DNA of 64,000 bases from Sphagnum compactum (Eukaryota): contig OZ234493.1 of assembly GCA_965153455.1 (NCBI GenBank), positions 30,060,213 through 30,124,212 on the forward strand, read 5' to 3'. Shown in pieces: positions 1-14,315 of the stretch. The notes below the pieces were generated by a model. The model was given only the letters and a program-made list of their open reading frames with translations, had not been told where the DNA came from and did not search any database. The translations under genes and the position numbers were made by a program. Within the stretch, counting starts at the first letter, position 1, and the number at the start of each line of letters is the position of its first letter.

Positions 1-3000
1 CTGCAGGCTTTTGCTTGCAGGTGTCAGGTTGTGGGATAGTGAGTTCTCTCTTCTCTTTGTAAGAGGTTGACTAGGTGGTGCTGCTCGCTCCTGGCCAACA
101 GGCATCACCACTTTCCTGGGTTGCCCTGCTGCATTGAGTAACCTCTGAACAATCACACCTCCACCTGCAGGCACCTTGGATACAGCACCTGTGGCATTGC
201 GCAAGATGCCTGGATTATGAACTGATGTGATGCGATATGAAGATAGGCGCCTGATACTGTTGTTCAATGGAAGCCTGCTGTTGTAGGGAGAAGAGTGGAA
301 AATGCTCTTGGTAGAGAGGTAGGAGGAAGAAGGTTGACAAGCGGAGTTGATGGATAGGCCCCCAAGTGAAGTTTCAATATTCACTGCTTTTCCGGACCTT
401 TGTCCCCCCAACTGTGAGAAACGATCCTGTGCAGGGGTAGGCACAAAGAAAAGCCTTGATTCTCCCGCTCTGATGCTCCCAGGTCCTTCATCCTGGCAAG
501 CAATCCCAAAACACGTTTCACATAAGCAAACTGTGAACAGGCTAACGTAGTACAAAGACTAACTTGCAAATCTGGGGATCCAACCTGACAATGTTGCTGC
601 TGAAGATCAAAGTGATCGTAACATATGGTGCTTAGCCAACTTTGTATCCAAATGTCATATGTGCTGAGAGGTTATGTTGTTCTGTATGCGGGCTGAATGA
701 ATGGTCTTGGATTCAAAGGAAAAGCTTTCAGACCCTCTTGCAAAACTGCCCAGTTTTTTCTCTGAAGGATAGGAAACCTCCAAAAATGGCACCAACTACA
801 AGGAACATGCACCACCAAACAACTGGAACAATTAAATACTAATCATCTCATGTAAGAGCAAGGATGTAGCACCTCAGATGTTTCATCCCTCAAAGCTGAT
901 ATCTTCAACTGTTGTGGAGGTGACCTTGGAGTGGTGTGGTCTTGGAGCCTAGCTACTCCACCCTTCCAATTCTGACCAAAACCACTGGTCCCATGGATTT
1001 CCTGCCACTTGTAAACAGGGTAGTGAGACCAGGGCTCCATCATGGATCAGTTCTCTCCCTACTTCAATCTGAACACATGCTTGACAGAACTAACTACGGA
1101 GATTCAATTATTGGAAACTGGCATGCATGGTTGTTGAGTAGCATGTATTGTGATAACAATTGTTTGAATCAATTACAAACTCTTCCCCTGAAAGAGTTCT
1201 CCTTTGTGGTGTAAGCCTTGTTAAATCTCCCCAACTGACCACAAATCCAAATCATGTTAAACATGGTTATCTCCTTATCTGGTTCCATTTTGCTCATAAC
1301 TTTTCAGCCCCTTGGCTTGGATCATCATATTTTAGCTGTCTGCAATGGTGCACTTGTTCAAAGTAGCACTATGCTTATTGCTAGATATATCCAGTACCAG
1401 AAGCTGCCTTCTGTGAGGAATTCTCTCATAGGAAGACTGGCCAGAGAAGTTTTCTGTCATCACTCACCCTGCCTTGAGCATTATCTCTTCCAAGAACACG
1501 ATTTGCAGTGTACTTTTTGGATGCTAAAAGATTATTGTTTCCCTGTGTCCAAGCAGCTCCTCCAGCATTTGGTGTTGAAGATGGAGATGGTACCCCAGTC
1601 ACGCTTCCAGGCTGATTTGGCAATATGGGCACAACAGTGTCTTGCACTGACTTCGGAAAAACTTGACAGCTGTTCATGTTTCTTACTACCTTCTGATTCC
1701 GCATTGCATCACCCTGCACAAAAGAACCCTTCCAAATTCAGCCCTTGATTGAAGAGTAGATAACCAGGTGTGATTTTCTCCGAGAGTCCACAAAAAATGA
1801 GGTAGAGAGAAAGAGCTGCACAGAACAAAAAAATACATTATAGATTTCATCATCCATCACAAAACCAGCCTGCAGCAGCCAGTGGTAACCACAGTCCATC
1901 CTAACATGGCTTTTATAAGCTCCATAAATGTCCCGGGGGAGCTTAGATGGAGCACAAACTTATGTTGGCTTAGTTCAGCCAACTAAGACAGATGCTGGCA
2001 AGCAGAATTTCAGGTGTTTATGGCAGACAGAAGTTTATTGTCACCAGCTAAATTCTGGACCATGCTAAGAGTTACTGAATAGAGATCCCAAGGATAGAGA
2101 AGCTCAAATGGATTCCGATTTTCTCAAGCTTGAATAAGACTGAGGATAACAGTGGCATCCTTACTGCTTTCCACATGCGAACTTGAATATCTCGCAAAAA
2201 ATGCTGTTGGGGCCCAATCACACTGCCAGGCCTCACAATGCGCAAATAACCCAATGCCTATGCCCAAGATGTGATCCCCCAAGAAAGTCAAAAACATGTT
2301 TCAGTATTGCTGCTTCATGCTTAAAGTAGTTGAGTCCCTGCAATTGAATACATCATCAGTACACAGTTTCAACTGTAGTATCCCACTAGCAAGGATGCAG
2401 CACATGCACAGGTAGTGACAAAGAGAGAACAGATTTAGGAATAAAGTGAGGATCTTAGCATTCAATGATCAAATCAGACAGAAGACAAATGAGGACATAG
2501 ACAAGTGAGTTGCACCTCATTGCATGTAAACTTGTAGTGCTTCATGATGTAGCAGCCAATCAGCACACCAGTCCGGCCCAAACCTGCCTGCACATACCCA
2601 AAAAGTCTTCATCTGCTGCATTCAACCCCACTAATTGCCCTGTCTGATTTTATTAACAACTCACCCAAACAGCAACAGAAAAAAGGGATTCCTCTGGTGA
2701 AATACATGGAGAAGGGCCAAAATGGGAAGCTTGCAGTCATATACAATCATGTCAACAATTGCCAGAACAATTGAACAATTTTGAAGGCATTCATTAAAAA
2801 CAACATTGATGATGTTTAACAGATCTGACTAACCAATCACAAGTTTCTACAAACAGGATGCTAACCCAAGAAGGCAAAACTGTGGAGTACTTAAGTATGA
2901 TTACTTCCATGACCAAGAGACAGCTTACTTTACAGTGCACTGCTAATGCTCCAGAGGTACCCTCTACAATCTCAAGGAATCGCTTGACAATTCGCTCAGG

Positions 3001-6000
3001 TGGGCAGCTGCACAAGCAAGCAAAAAGACAAGCATCATTCATTAGAATTACACTCTAGTGCCAATTGAGATAAAAGGTCAAGAGAGTCGATCACAGGATT
3101 GGAGGTCAAAGACCTGTAGGACACTGATGTCACTATCCCTGACTTTCTGAACCCTCATCCAAGACTTGATCACACTAAATGTTGAAATCTGGGTCTGGAA
3201 AAATCACTTTAAATAACACCAGCATACCAGTCCGGACCAATTTGGGGAAAATCCTAGTTGCAAGAGAACAAATTGCAAACATGGATACAGTGTATGGAGA
3301 GCCATCAATGACAATTTGTGTGCCAAATCCCAACAAATGGAATCCAATCCTCTCAAGGTCAACTAATTGGAGAGAACAGTTTTAAGGCTATATACTTGTT
3401 CCTAACACATTTTAAGGCTACATAGGAGAAGCAACTGGAAGAGACCAAGTTGTTCGACATAATCTAAATGTGGGACTCCAATACTCAAGTCTGATTAAAT
3501 CCACATTCACAAGACCTACACACTTAACACTTCATGCCCATACAGATAGTTAAAGGAAAGAAAATTCAGTAAGAGGCATGAAAGGCTAATATAAAGAATT
3601 GACCTACAGGTTGCTAAGAGCAAAACATAAATATCTCTGCTCAAACATGCATTCTTTTCCCCACTTTTTCTCACAAGATTCCCACTGCATACCTAGCAGA
3701 GTTTCCAGATTTTATAGTGGATTCCATGAGCTAAAGCATTTTAGATAGTTTTCAGGTAATAGTTTCAGATCAGGGCATCATTAAACACCTGCTTTCTGGG
3801 CCTAGAAAACCCCTAGGCAAGTGAACACAGACCTGCCATCAGGAAAATATAAATCATAGTGGGAAAGACCATAATCGGTGAAGCGCCGTCTCTCATACAC
3901 TCTTCTATTGAGCCTTATGATGCCGCTGACTCCTATCTGCCACAAAACCAATAAAAAGAACAACTTTACCTTACTGAGATCTCACCCATTAAAAAGAACA
4001 CTGGACAATGTGAAATCTACACCAAGATTAAAGAGTAAAAAAATGGAGCAAGAAATACTTTGTCCACACCAAGACCTGAGACTACTCAGGAGAATAGCTC
4101 AGGTGATTTACACATCCACAGCCACATCAAAAGGGAAAAGAAAACAAACCTGCTGAAAATACTCCACATAATCTTCTGGTACCAAGGTCCTGTACCCATA
4201 GATCTGCAAAAACCATATGTGAGCAGGTTCAGGCTGTAGTATGCACCATGACAGAAATAATACAGGGACATTAATTAGGAAGAATGGCTGACACTGGCAG
4301 CACAAATGACAATAAAACTGACATCAGTGCTTTACAGAGCAAGCCAGACAAGTTTTCACAGTTTTTCAATGCTTGAAATGACAGGCATGGACATACAGGT
4401 TTAGTTTTGAACAAGAACCTCCAAGCGTCTTGCTGATGGTCCACTAAAAGCCACAAGCTTACCAGGAACCATCCAATTCAAGTCTCCATTTTTTACCTGC
4501 CAGGCATCCAATTGATTGATTGTCCATTTGCAAACCATTTGCACAAGGGCTCACAGGAGTGCCCATCAGTCTCAAGTATTATTGCTGGTGCTTCAAAAGA
4601 ACTCTGATCCTGGCACTAGTAAAGTATTGCAATGTAAGCTACTCAGACCTTCTTGTGGAAATCAGCATTACCAAAACTGTCAGTCATGAACTGGTGGACC
4701 TGTGACTTTCACCCTAAGAAAAAACACAATGATGCGTGTGCTTTCAAAGTACAAGGTAATAACCTGTTCAAAATACTCATACTCATCAAGACGGAAATTG
4801 TTGAAGTCAATCCAATCTAGCTTCTGAGCTTTAGATATTGCCTGACCACACAAAAAGCAGCAGCATAATTTGTATAAGGATTTAGGTATAGTAGGTCAGT
4901 ACAATAATGTGACAACTGCCCCCACACATGTGAGCAATTCAGGTTCAGGACCTTCAAGCTCCAGTACAGGAATGCACAGTATAAACCCCTCCTTTGGCCT
5001 CAAGTCTGTAACTTTTGAATAAGTGGGCATGTGCCTCATTTGCCCACTACTGGCACCAGCATAGATGCACATTAAAGCAAGTTGCAAGGAAAAACATGGT
5101 ACCTGGATGCAGTCATATACACTAAGGTGGTATGTGGAAATCCCACAAGTGGGATCCCGAAATGGCATAAATGGCTGGAATCTAGACAATGTTTCATATG
5201 CTGCTGCAGCCTCAACTCCACCAAATAGCACCAGGTAAGCTCCAACCTGCAACCAATAAAAGCTTATGCACCACATACCTAAATTGTCTTCCATGACCTT
5301 CTCAATCCATACCTTTGCTCTCTACAGATATAGTCCCATTTCTAGCACATAAAACATGGACATATCATGTAGGAGAGGGCATGAGAACTTGAAGCTATTT
5401 GAGGATGTAGAAAGGATTTTGGGGGAGTTCATGAAGAGACACCGAGCTAGAGGCATCACATACCAGAACTGCAGCATTTGATTTTTTCTTCGGCTCAGCA
5501 CTGCACCAGAAGAATACACATTGGTTCTGCTCATCTGCTTCCTGACCCCATTGAAACAAGTCAGGACCCACTTCATCTCAGGAGATGAAAGAATATTAAG
5601 TTGTAATTTCAGATTCCAGTAACTTCGTAGTTGTTACAAGATATCCACAGTAGCTTCCCTGACAGAGTTATCTAGTTTTGATCTGCATTTTAAGCTTCAG
5701 AGGTTCCCTTTGCATTAATGAGTGTGCCTTGATAAGCTAAGGCTGATGTTGACATAATTCTAACATAGAAAATAGTGAAAGATCTTCGAGAAAACTTACC
5801 TTAAGAAGTCCATGAAGTTTCCAACAGAATCGATACGTGCAGGCAAGGTTCAATGGTCCAAAGTCTGCAAAAAAAGGTTCATACACCTGCTTGGAATGAC
5901 CACCTCACAAAGTTAATCATAATTGCAGCAAACAGCACTGTTGAACACCCCTGCGGAAGCAAAGGCTCTAGAGATGCAGGTTTCTAAGAAAAATCACATA

Positions 6001-6724
6001 AGAGGATCACATTTGTCCTCTTTTGGATACTGCAATCCTTACTTTCTGGCTCTATCAGATGACATTCTCTTGACAAAACTATTGCAGGACATGAGGTTAC
6101 ACAATTGATCCTGTTGTACAAAATAGATATAATCCTGAACTGCTGAAGTAGATGGGTAGTGGAGTCGAGATACATAAAAGAAAGATCAATTGCGGATGCA
6201 AGAGCAAACATGACTACAAAACTTCTTCTGTGGATTGCAACAAGAGCAGGCTCTCATGAATGCCAAGCATGGCAATTGCCAGCTCCCTCCTGACGATTGG
6301 GTCTCCACTCATGACAAGGATAACTGACATAAAGGAGGCTGAAAAGTTGCTGGCTTTAAGACAATTTGCCACAAAAGGAGGATATTGATCATAGGAGACA
6401 TTGCAAAACTCCCTTCCCAAGCCTTAAGAGGCCGAAGAAGAATAGAGTTCTCTAAGTAGCATTGGGCATCCTCAAGAGATCAACTTCTCCTCAATCCAAG
6501 ATTGCACAAACCTCTTCCATGATTCTTAGACAAAATTCAGAAGACAAAAACATGATTGTGAAAGAAGCATTTACCAGTTCATTATCGATGTTGAAACCGG
6601 AGGCTGGCTTAGGGAGACGATGTACTATGGCAGAGTCTTCAGGACGATTCAGGGGAGCGAAATAGAGCTTGTCTTTCATGATCTCGCTCACGATCACTCC
6701 GCTTTTCTCCGGTCCCGTGCCCAT
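1..6724 (-). CDS. CDC14: CDC14-family dual-specificity protein phosphatase, multi-exon, 3' end beyond the window start
   Basis: GT-AG exons that keep frame: 6724-6575, 5886-5800, 5541-5464, 5246-5103, 4841-4764, 4496-4419, 4203-4150, 3936-3833, 3007-2929, 2587-2516, 2257-2165, 1713-~1468, less certain exon(s) near 870-1000, and 492-<1. The joined peptide has CDC14 motifs [45 protein letters not shown], catalytic VHCKAGLGRTG and [10 protein letters not shown]. Confidence 0.93.
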
Positions 6725-8272
6725 ACTACTTGCCCCTGGCTGATTAACCTATAAAGTTCCTTTGTGAAAACCCTTGACACGTTTTCCTATATGCTCCTTG
6801 AATGCTCCTCCGGCTTCTGTTGTTGTTGATGAGCCTGCTACAATTGCCTTATTGAAAAGCCTCTGCTACATAGCGCCTTCAAAGTGCTGCTACAAACAGA
6901 CACGACGTCCGCGATACATTTTGGCGTCGGCACCAGTTCTCAACGGCAGGCAAATCTGTGTTCATTTGTGCTCAACGGAGGCAATCCGTGATAATCCTGG
7001 TAAGACAGTAAGAAGAAGACGACCTAGAAAAGAATCAATCTCCAGTGCAATCTCCAGTGCGATTCTCTACTTCATGCCCTGATGTCGCAATACAAAGAGC
7101 CTTCACATAGTACTTACTGGCACAATAGGATCGACAGCAGTGATTTCGCTATGACGAATCTTCTTCTGTGGCCGTTGTCCACATTTGCAGCGTAACGCTT
7201 CAAAGAGTCATCCTTACCAGAAAGGAGGAGAACAGAGACCATCGCATCGCATCGCATCGTCTATAGATTCATTCAGAGTGTGGCCTCTTCCTGCGCAACA
7301 AAAGATGCACGATACGCAGATGCAAATCGGCCGCAATCTCGACAGTCCAAGATGCACAATATGCAGATGCAAATCGCCCGCAATCTCGACAGGACTGTCT
7401 ATTGCAAATGAGAGAAGCAACGAAGTCTGCCAAAACAAAAGGAAGGAATGCACGCACGCACGCACGCCTCTACATATTCAAGCACCTGGAGCTTCTTTGG
7501 GAACAGGAGCACACACACAGACGAAAATCAACCGCAATTCCTCCGGTATTATCCACCGCGGAGAAGGCTAGCAACAACATTATCCCTGAATCTTTGCCCC
7601 CAGCACACTTATATCTGTGTCAGAGCATTTCCAAAAAACCAGAACTCCACTTCCAAATGAACGCAGATAGACGATGAAACGTCATCTATCTTTGGCTTAC
7701 TTCTGTAGCGCTCCTTTCCCACAGGCCAAGCGTTGAACTCTGGTGCGGTGAAGAGAAGAATTCCAGTGCGAAACTTAGCAATTTCTTCATTTTCCTGGTT
7801 CATTAACACTCTTAATAGACGTTCTTCATCTTCTTAATAATTCTTCTCAGCACAACATTGATTGCCCTTCCGACTTGAGCAGTAGCAGCAGCAGCAGCAG
7901 TGCGGTGAATTTGACAACGACGACGAAGAAGAAGAAGAAAAAAAAAATTCACTACATTTTTGCTTGCTTGCAGAGGCAAGAAATGCGCCGAAAGAAACCA
8001 AAAAAATGCCTCCTCCGGTTAATTTCATCAAGCGAAGAAGAGGAACAATAGAATGATGCTCTTTTTCTCTATCTATCTCCTCCTACTTGTCTCTCGCGGC
8101 ACGTTGAGGAGAAATTTGCCATTTGATTTTCGCCTTTGTCTTTCTTTCCCCTTTGCGTCGGACAGACACGACATGTGGATACGAGTTCACAAGTGCGCTC
8201 CAGGCTCGCCTGCGTCTTCTCGTTGCCTTTCACAGTGTTCCTGCCTTTCACCTCTCACCACCAACTGCAGGC

Positions 8273-8604
8273 CTGTGTTTTTTCACTGGCGAAATCTCGC
8301 CAAAAAGAGAAATTAAAAACCCAAAAAAATTTCGAAAATGAAATATTTTTTTAAAGGTTTTCAAATCGCCAGAAGTAAGAGTCAAATAAAAATAAAATTA
8401 AAATAAAATAAAAATCGCCAGATAGGTACATTTCGTTTTCCAGTTTGTAGCCAATTATACAGAAGGATGATGATTAAAAGATTTGTGTTCATATTTGGTT
8501 TATAGCCAGATTTGACTAAAATCTTCATTAAGACGATCGCCAGATTTTCTGCATCTTGCTATGGATGGTCGCCACTGTTGCTCCTTCAAAAAAAAAAAAA
8601 CACT
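8273..8604. mobile_element. Short non-autonomous DNA element (MITE-like) with CAGTGTTTT-type ends
   Basis: Starts CTGTGTTTTT and ends AAAAACACTG, a near-inverted pair. Related sequence lies at ~26020-26110 (reverse) and ~51354-51650. No clear TSD. Confidence 0.5.
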
Positions 8605-8918
8605 GACCCTCTGACGCTACTTGGCTGACGGCTTTGCTTGTTGGCCGGGTGGGCGCTGAGAGGCCGTGGCTTTCGGCGTGTTCCAGCGGCGCTGCATGGC
8701 GGAAAATATGGGGGCACAATAATGGGCACCATTACTTGACACACTTTCAGTTCTGACGGCTTTTTATACAAAGTTTTTTTTAATATATTTATTTATTTAT
8801 TTATATAATGAATTTTATATTATAAATAAATTATGTTTTATATTATTTTGCTTTATATTTTAATAATTAATATATTATTTAAATAAATTATTGGGGTGGT
8901 GTGTGTGTGTGTGTTTTG

Positions 8919-9390
8919 CATATCCCAAAGGCCAAAATGACCCACGAAAAATATTATGGAACACATCCCAAAACTGATAATTTAAATTTTTGGCATGTCC
9001 CCAAAGGCCAAAATGACAATGAAAAAAAATGAAACACATCCTAAAACCAATTATTTAAATTTTGGACATGTTTCCGAAGGCCAAAATGACCAATGAAAAA
9101 AAATATATATATATGTCCCAAAACCAATAATTAAAATTTTAAGCATGTCCCCAAAGGCCAAAATGAACGATTGAAAAAAATGAAACACATCCCAAATTCA
9201 ATAATTTAAATTTTGGACATGTTCCCAAAGGCCAAAATGACCAATGAAATTTTTTTAAAAATACGTCCCAAAATCAATTATTTAAATTTTGGACATGTCC
9301 CCAAAAGCAAAAATGAAACACATCCCAAATTCAATAATTTAAATTTTGGACATGTCCAAGTACCAAAACAATTTTAAATAACACATCCAA
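8919..9390. repeat. Tandem array of ~75-bp units, about 6 copies
   Basis: CATGTCCCCAAAGGCCAAAATGAC...CACATCCCAAA...ATAATTTAAATTTTGGA recurs at ~8919, 8995, 9068, 9144, 9218 and 9294. Confidence 0.85.
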
Positions 9391-11949
9391 AAACTTTTAA
9401 ATTATTATTCATTATTCATCTATCAATAAAAAACATCAATATTTTTAGATTAATATATTACCATAAGATGTTGTCTTAGTAGACCTTAGTGGATTGTGTT
9501 CTTTTTGCAACTTTGCAAAATTGTAAGGTTGTTTAATTATAGGAGTTAAAAATTAAATGGGGCATGAATTAGGGCAATTTGCATCATGCTACACATGCCT
9601 AATTAAATGTAAGTTCTTCATTAGCATGAATTCATGCAAATGTCTATCATGTTGTCATTCATGATTATTTTGTAAGTTTTTAAATTCTTGTTCTTGGGTG
9701 TTTTTTTCTCAATTTTTCAATTTTGTATTTACTTAAATTTGACTTAATATATCATGCATTTTTGTAAGGTTTGCAGGAATATGCAATTGAAATGAGAATA
9801 TCAATAATATGTATTTACATTGTGTTTATGTTTTGATTTTAATAAATATTTTTTAAAAAAAATTCACTTGGTTTCAATTTTAACCAATAATATATATTTT
9901 CTAATGTTTTATCATATTCTTTATTTTCTTTCACAATTTTTTTTTGAAAATTTTGACATTTGTGAAAATAATATAATTAGTGTCAAACTGACCCAAGTAC
10001 TATGTCAATATTAGTTTTTTTTTTTTGGAAGGGTGGCAAAGACCATTTCATTTTTTTTATTGTTATTTAACTTTTGTTTGGTGAACTAGACACTTGTCTT
10101 GTGCAAAAACATTGCTCAATTTTGACAAGTACACTAGTCTTTTTGTAAAACAATTTTGTAAATTCAACAAGTATATTTGTCTTGTGCAAAAACTTTGTGC
10201 AATTTTGGCATATACATTTGTATTGTGCAAAACTTGGTTCAACTTTGGTAACTTTTGTTGAATGAATATTATACGAGAATTTGAGCTTTAATATTAGAAT
10301 TGTGAAGTCCTATTTCTCTCCAAAGAAAAGGAATAAGCATGTACTTGGGTATAAAATTTTTTAGTATTTGGGATGTCCTCAATTGTCGATATTTTTGGTT
10401 TATTTTGGGTGATTGGCCAATGAATAAGGCTCATCCCAAAAACAAATTGTGAACTTTTGATGCACAAATAATAAATAATTTACTATCCTTAAGAGGGTTT
10501 TAAATAGTGTTAGGTGGCTTTTGAAAAGTGACGTGATTGTAAGCTTGGTTTTCAATATGAAAAATAGGGAGTACCAAAATTAATGATGAGATCAAGATGA
10601 GAACAACCCCTTAGTTTTCACCCATGTGAGAACCAACCTTTCCATTTTCTTTAATCGAGATAAAAAAAGTCTCATGGCCTGTATTTTTCTTTCACCTTCA
10701 TGTTCTTCAACTTTATGAATCCATGTTTTATGTTAAATCGTGAGTTTTTAAAGTTGAGCAATTGAAGTTTTGTGCATTTTTTTGATTCATGAGGTTTGAG
10801 GTGTGAACTTTTTATGTTTGGATTCTATCGTCCATGAGTTTTGTTGCTTGTGAAAGTTTACGATTCAATGTTTGTGATTTTTTGTTCATGAACTTTGTTG
10901 ATGTTCATCATTGCTTAATGTTATTACTTTGTCATCTCCTATTGCTATTGCTTATCATTGTCGCTAGCTATTATTTTGCCATCAATTTTTGTTGTTACTT
11001 GCCATTGTCATCAATTATTATTGACATCAACGAACCTTCAAATACATGTGTTACACTTTATCCTTTGTTATTGTTACTATTTGTCATTGCCTCCTATTGT
11101 TATTTGTGTTACGTTGTTGTGTTAGATATTTCTTTTCCTCCCTCTTACTTTTTCTTTAAGGTATTTGAAATGTAAAACTTACTCGATACACAATTATTTC
11201 AACTAGCACCAAGAAAGTAAGATTTTTTTCTTTTTTTTTCATTTTTTAATTTCATTAATGTTCATTTTATAAAGCTACTTTTGTTTCTTTTTTAAGTTTT
11301 TTTTTTTTTGCCCTTGTTTTTTTCCTTCTGAAAAGCTTGGTTTGTTTTTCTTCTTACATGTCTTTTTTTTTCTTTTATTATATTTTTCTTTGGTTTTTTT
11401 CTTTTTAAAAGATTTTTTGGTATTTGTTTTCCTTTTAGAGATCCTAGTTTCTTTTTTTAATTCATTCTTTCATATTTTCACTTTTTTTTTCTCTCTTAGG
11501 GTGGAGAAAACAAGTTTTTTTTTTCTTTTTTTCTTTTGAGCAAGATTTGTACTTTGGACTATTCTCACATATACATACACTCAAAACACAAATTAATTTT
11601 GTAATTTTGCAAAATGGTGAAAGGAGAAAAACATAGGTATTTTACTTTGTAAATGTTCACAATTTGGTAGATCATCTTGCTTCTAACTATTTGTAGTATT
11701 TGGGTAAATCATAGAGCTATTTAATTTTTTTCTTTTTTCAACGGATGACATTCTCTTATGAAACTAAATATGAAATAATACTTTGAAAATGAAAATACAT
11801 GTGATGTTTTCATTAATGAGTTGTGATGGAAAATGAGCTTTTGTAAAAAATGTTTATAGAAAATTCAAGTCTTCAAACAAAATTAAGTATAAATCTTTTA
11901 AATGATGCAAAAATCATGAAAGAAAATCCATTAAAGTTGCATGTGCAAA

Positions 11950-12980
11950 GAAAATTTTTGACACCGCGCTATAAAACTACATTGTGTTGGGCATCTTACT
12001 ATGTCAAAACTAACAAAAATGTTGATTTAAAATCTCTTCAAATCATGCATTATATTTTTTGTTACAACAATCCATGTTTAATTTCAAACCCAAAAACTAA
12101 TTAAACAACTTGAAGAAATGGAGCAATTTTATACAATATAATAAATGAAATAACTACATTGAAAAAAAATGTTTTAAAAATTATTTTGTTCCTGCCAAAA
12201 CATTTGAGGAAAAAATGAACAATCTTATGAAAGAAGAAAAGGAAAGATGACTAGCAAAAAAGTTTATAGATTAGGTGATTATATTTCCATTTTTTTGTAT
12301 GAAAGGAACCTTTCAAGAAAAATGATGTGCAATAAAGTTGTTTTGGAGGATTTGGGGCTTCTAATTGTGAAAAATCAATTGGTTTTGTAGTTTGTGAAAA
12401 TTGTTACTTAAAGTGTTTTAGTAGCATTTGTGTCCAAATGTTGTTTTTCTTTGCAAAAAACAATCTTCACAACAAATGATACTCATGTTAATGGAAAAAA
12501 TAAACAATTATGTGTTTTGCCAACCTTGGTATAATGTGATTTTCTAATTGCAAGCTTTAACCTTAGATGTCAAAAGGTGCACATGATATTTTAACATTAG
12601 TGATCAATTTGTTGGGGCTAATTATTTGCCAAAACATACTTACCCTTGAATTTTTTGAAGCCATAAATACTATTGGACAAACTTTGGCTAAAGATTTGAT
12701 TGAGTTATTGAACTAATATGACTCGAAGAAGAAAATTATTGCCTATGTGAAGGATAATGAATTTAACCTAAATATTATGATTATCACACTAGAATCATTT
12801 GTAAGCTATGAAACATTAAGTTTGGGGGAAAGTTTTCAGGGAACTAATTTTGGGCATGCATTTTAAAAGCACGTCAATATAGTACAATGGATGATAAAAT
12901 TTACAAAGGTTTGATGAAATATGTGTTTATCAAATCTACCCAAGGGGATTTGAAAAAATGTATCATTTGGCCTAAAAAGG
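11950..12980 (+). pseudogene. Decayed hAT transposase, 5' part
   Basis: Broken frames give ASFNL*MSKGAHDILTLVI, IIAYVKDNEFNLN, GTNFGHAF and KCIIWPKK, collinear with the minus-strand hAT at 46765-51118. Many stops and frameshifts. Confidence 0.7.
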
Positions 12981-12987
12981 CATAGGC

Positions 12988-13774
12988 TGTTTGCATGTTA
13001 TGGTGGACCCAAATGTAATTAAAACTGGATGTACATAAAATACTAAAAGTACAACAACTTTCAATTCATTTATTTGAATTTTTTAAAAATTAGATTAAGT
13101 TGACATGGGCCTTAAAAATCAAATAAATCAATACAAATTTGAATATGAAATTGCTTCACATGTGTTTGTTTCTTTCAATGAATGTACACCAATTACATTA
13201 TAAAACTTGTGGGAAACACTTTATTTGGCAGCAGTATACCATTTTCTTACTAATTTAAAAACTCAACTTCAATTTCATGGATAAATAAAAATAACACCAA
13301 AAACATTTATATCCTCAATGGAAACATTTTACAACTTACAAACATCATAATCATCATCATTATTATAACATAATGTCCTACCAAAGGTTTAATTTAATTT
13401 GAATTTAAACTCCATAATTTTAAGTCAATTTGAAAAAACATTGATGGAAGATTGTTCTTTGTACATATATACATTAATGTATAATTTTTTTTTGAAATTT
13501 TCCAACTAAAAGAAGTACTTCTTAGTCCTTTTGTAAAAATAATGGTTATGTGACATGCAATTGCATGTTACAAATGTACTCCAAAGGACTATGACATCAT
13601 TCTTATTAACATTAATTTCACACCATAATGATAGATTAAAATGTGAACCACCTTTAATTACACCTTTTCACCATTGTTCCTTTTATTATCATGTTCCCAA
13701 AATTTTCAAATTTTGTTTGTACTAAAAATTGTAACATTGTGATAATTTTTTGGATCCACCATAACATGCAAACA
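12988..13774. mobile_element. AT-rich segment bounded by 26-bp inverted repeats (MITE-like)
   Basis: TGTTTGCATGTTATGGTGGACCCAAA (12988-13013) matches the reverse complement of 13749-13774 at 25/26. It begins where hAT similarity stops. Confidence 0.55.
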
Positions 13775-13907
13775 ATAGTGGAAGAGCGCATGTGTGAAAT
13801 ATGGTCTACCCCGAAAAAAAATATATACACCAATGAAGACAAGGTATCTCTTTATTTTCACAAAAAAACCTTTTGAAGTTCTTGCACAAAATATATTGGG
13901 CCTACCC

Positions 13908-14174
13908 TGTCATGGCCTAGGATATTTTGGGATACTTTTGGCAATGTCATGTCCTAGGATATTTTTGGATACTTTTGGCAATATCATGGCCTAGGATATT
14001 TTGGGATACTTTTGGCAATATCATGGCCTAGGATATTTTGGGACTAGTATGGCTCAGGGTTATAAAAGGAGATAGTCTGGGGAACAACCCTTTAGCAGAT
14101 CAACACCAGTTGATGGATCAATAAAGCTTGTCTTGTCTTGTAATTCTCCACTTGTTTGTAGTCGGTCCATAACA
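13908..14174 (+). repeat. 5' LTR
   Basis: U3 holds ~3.7 copies of a 37-bp unit TGTCATGGCCTAGGATATTTTGGGATACTTTTGGCAA. TATAAAA at 14061 and AATAAA at 14120. Confidence 0.97.
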
Positions 14175-14315
14175 GTTTGATCTGCTCCTTCTTCTTGTTT
14201 GTTTGTTTTGTTGTTTCAGTAAGTAGCTAGAGGTATATTGGAGTGAAACTTGGAAAGGTTCTAGAAGACTATAGGACGCTTCTACTCTCAAAGTTTCCAA
14301 AGAAAAGGATATGTT

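Noticed and set aside
6774-8354. Several short ORFs upstream of CDC14
   Set aside because: They are microsatellite-rich and lack motifs, so they are best read as the CDC14 5' UTR, introns and promoter.
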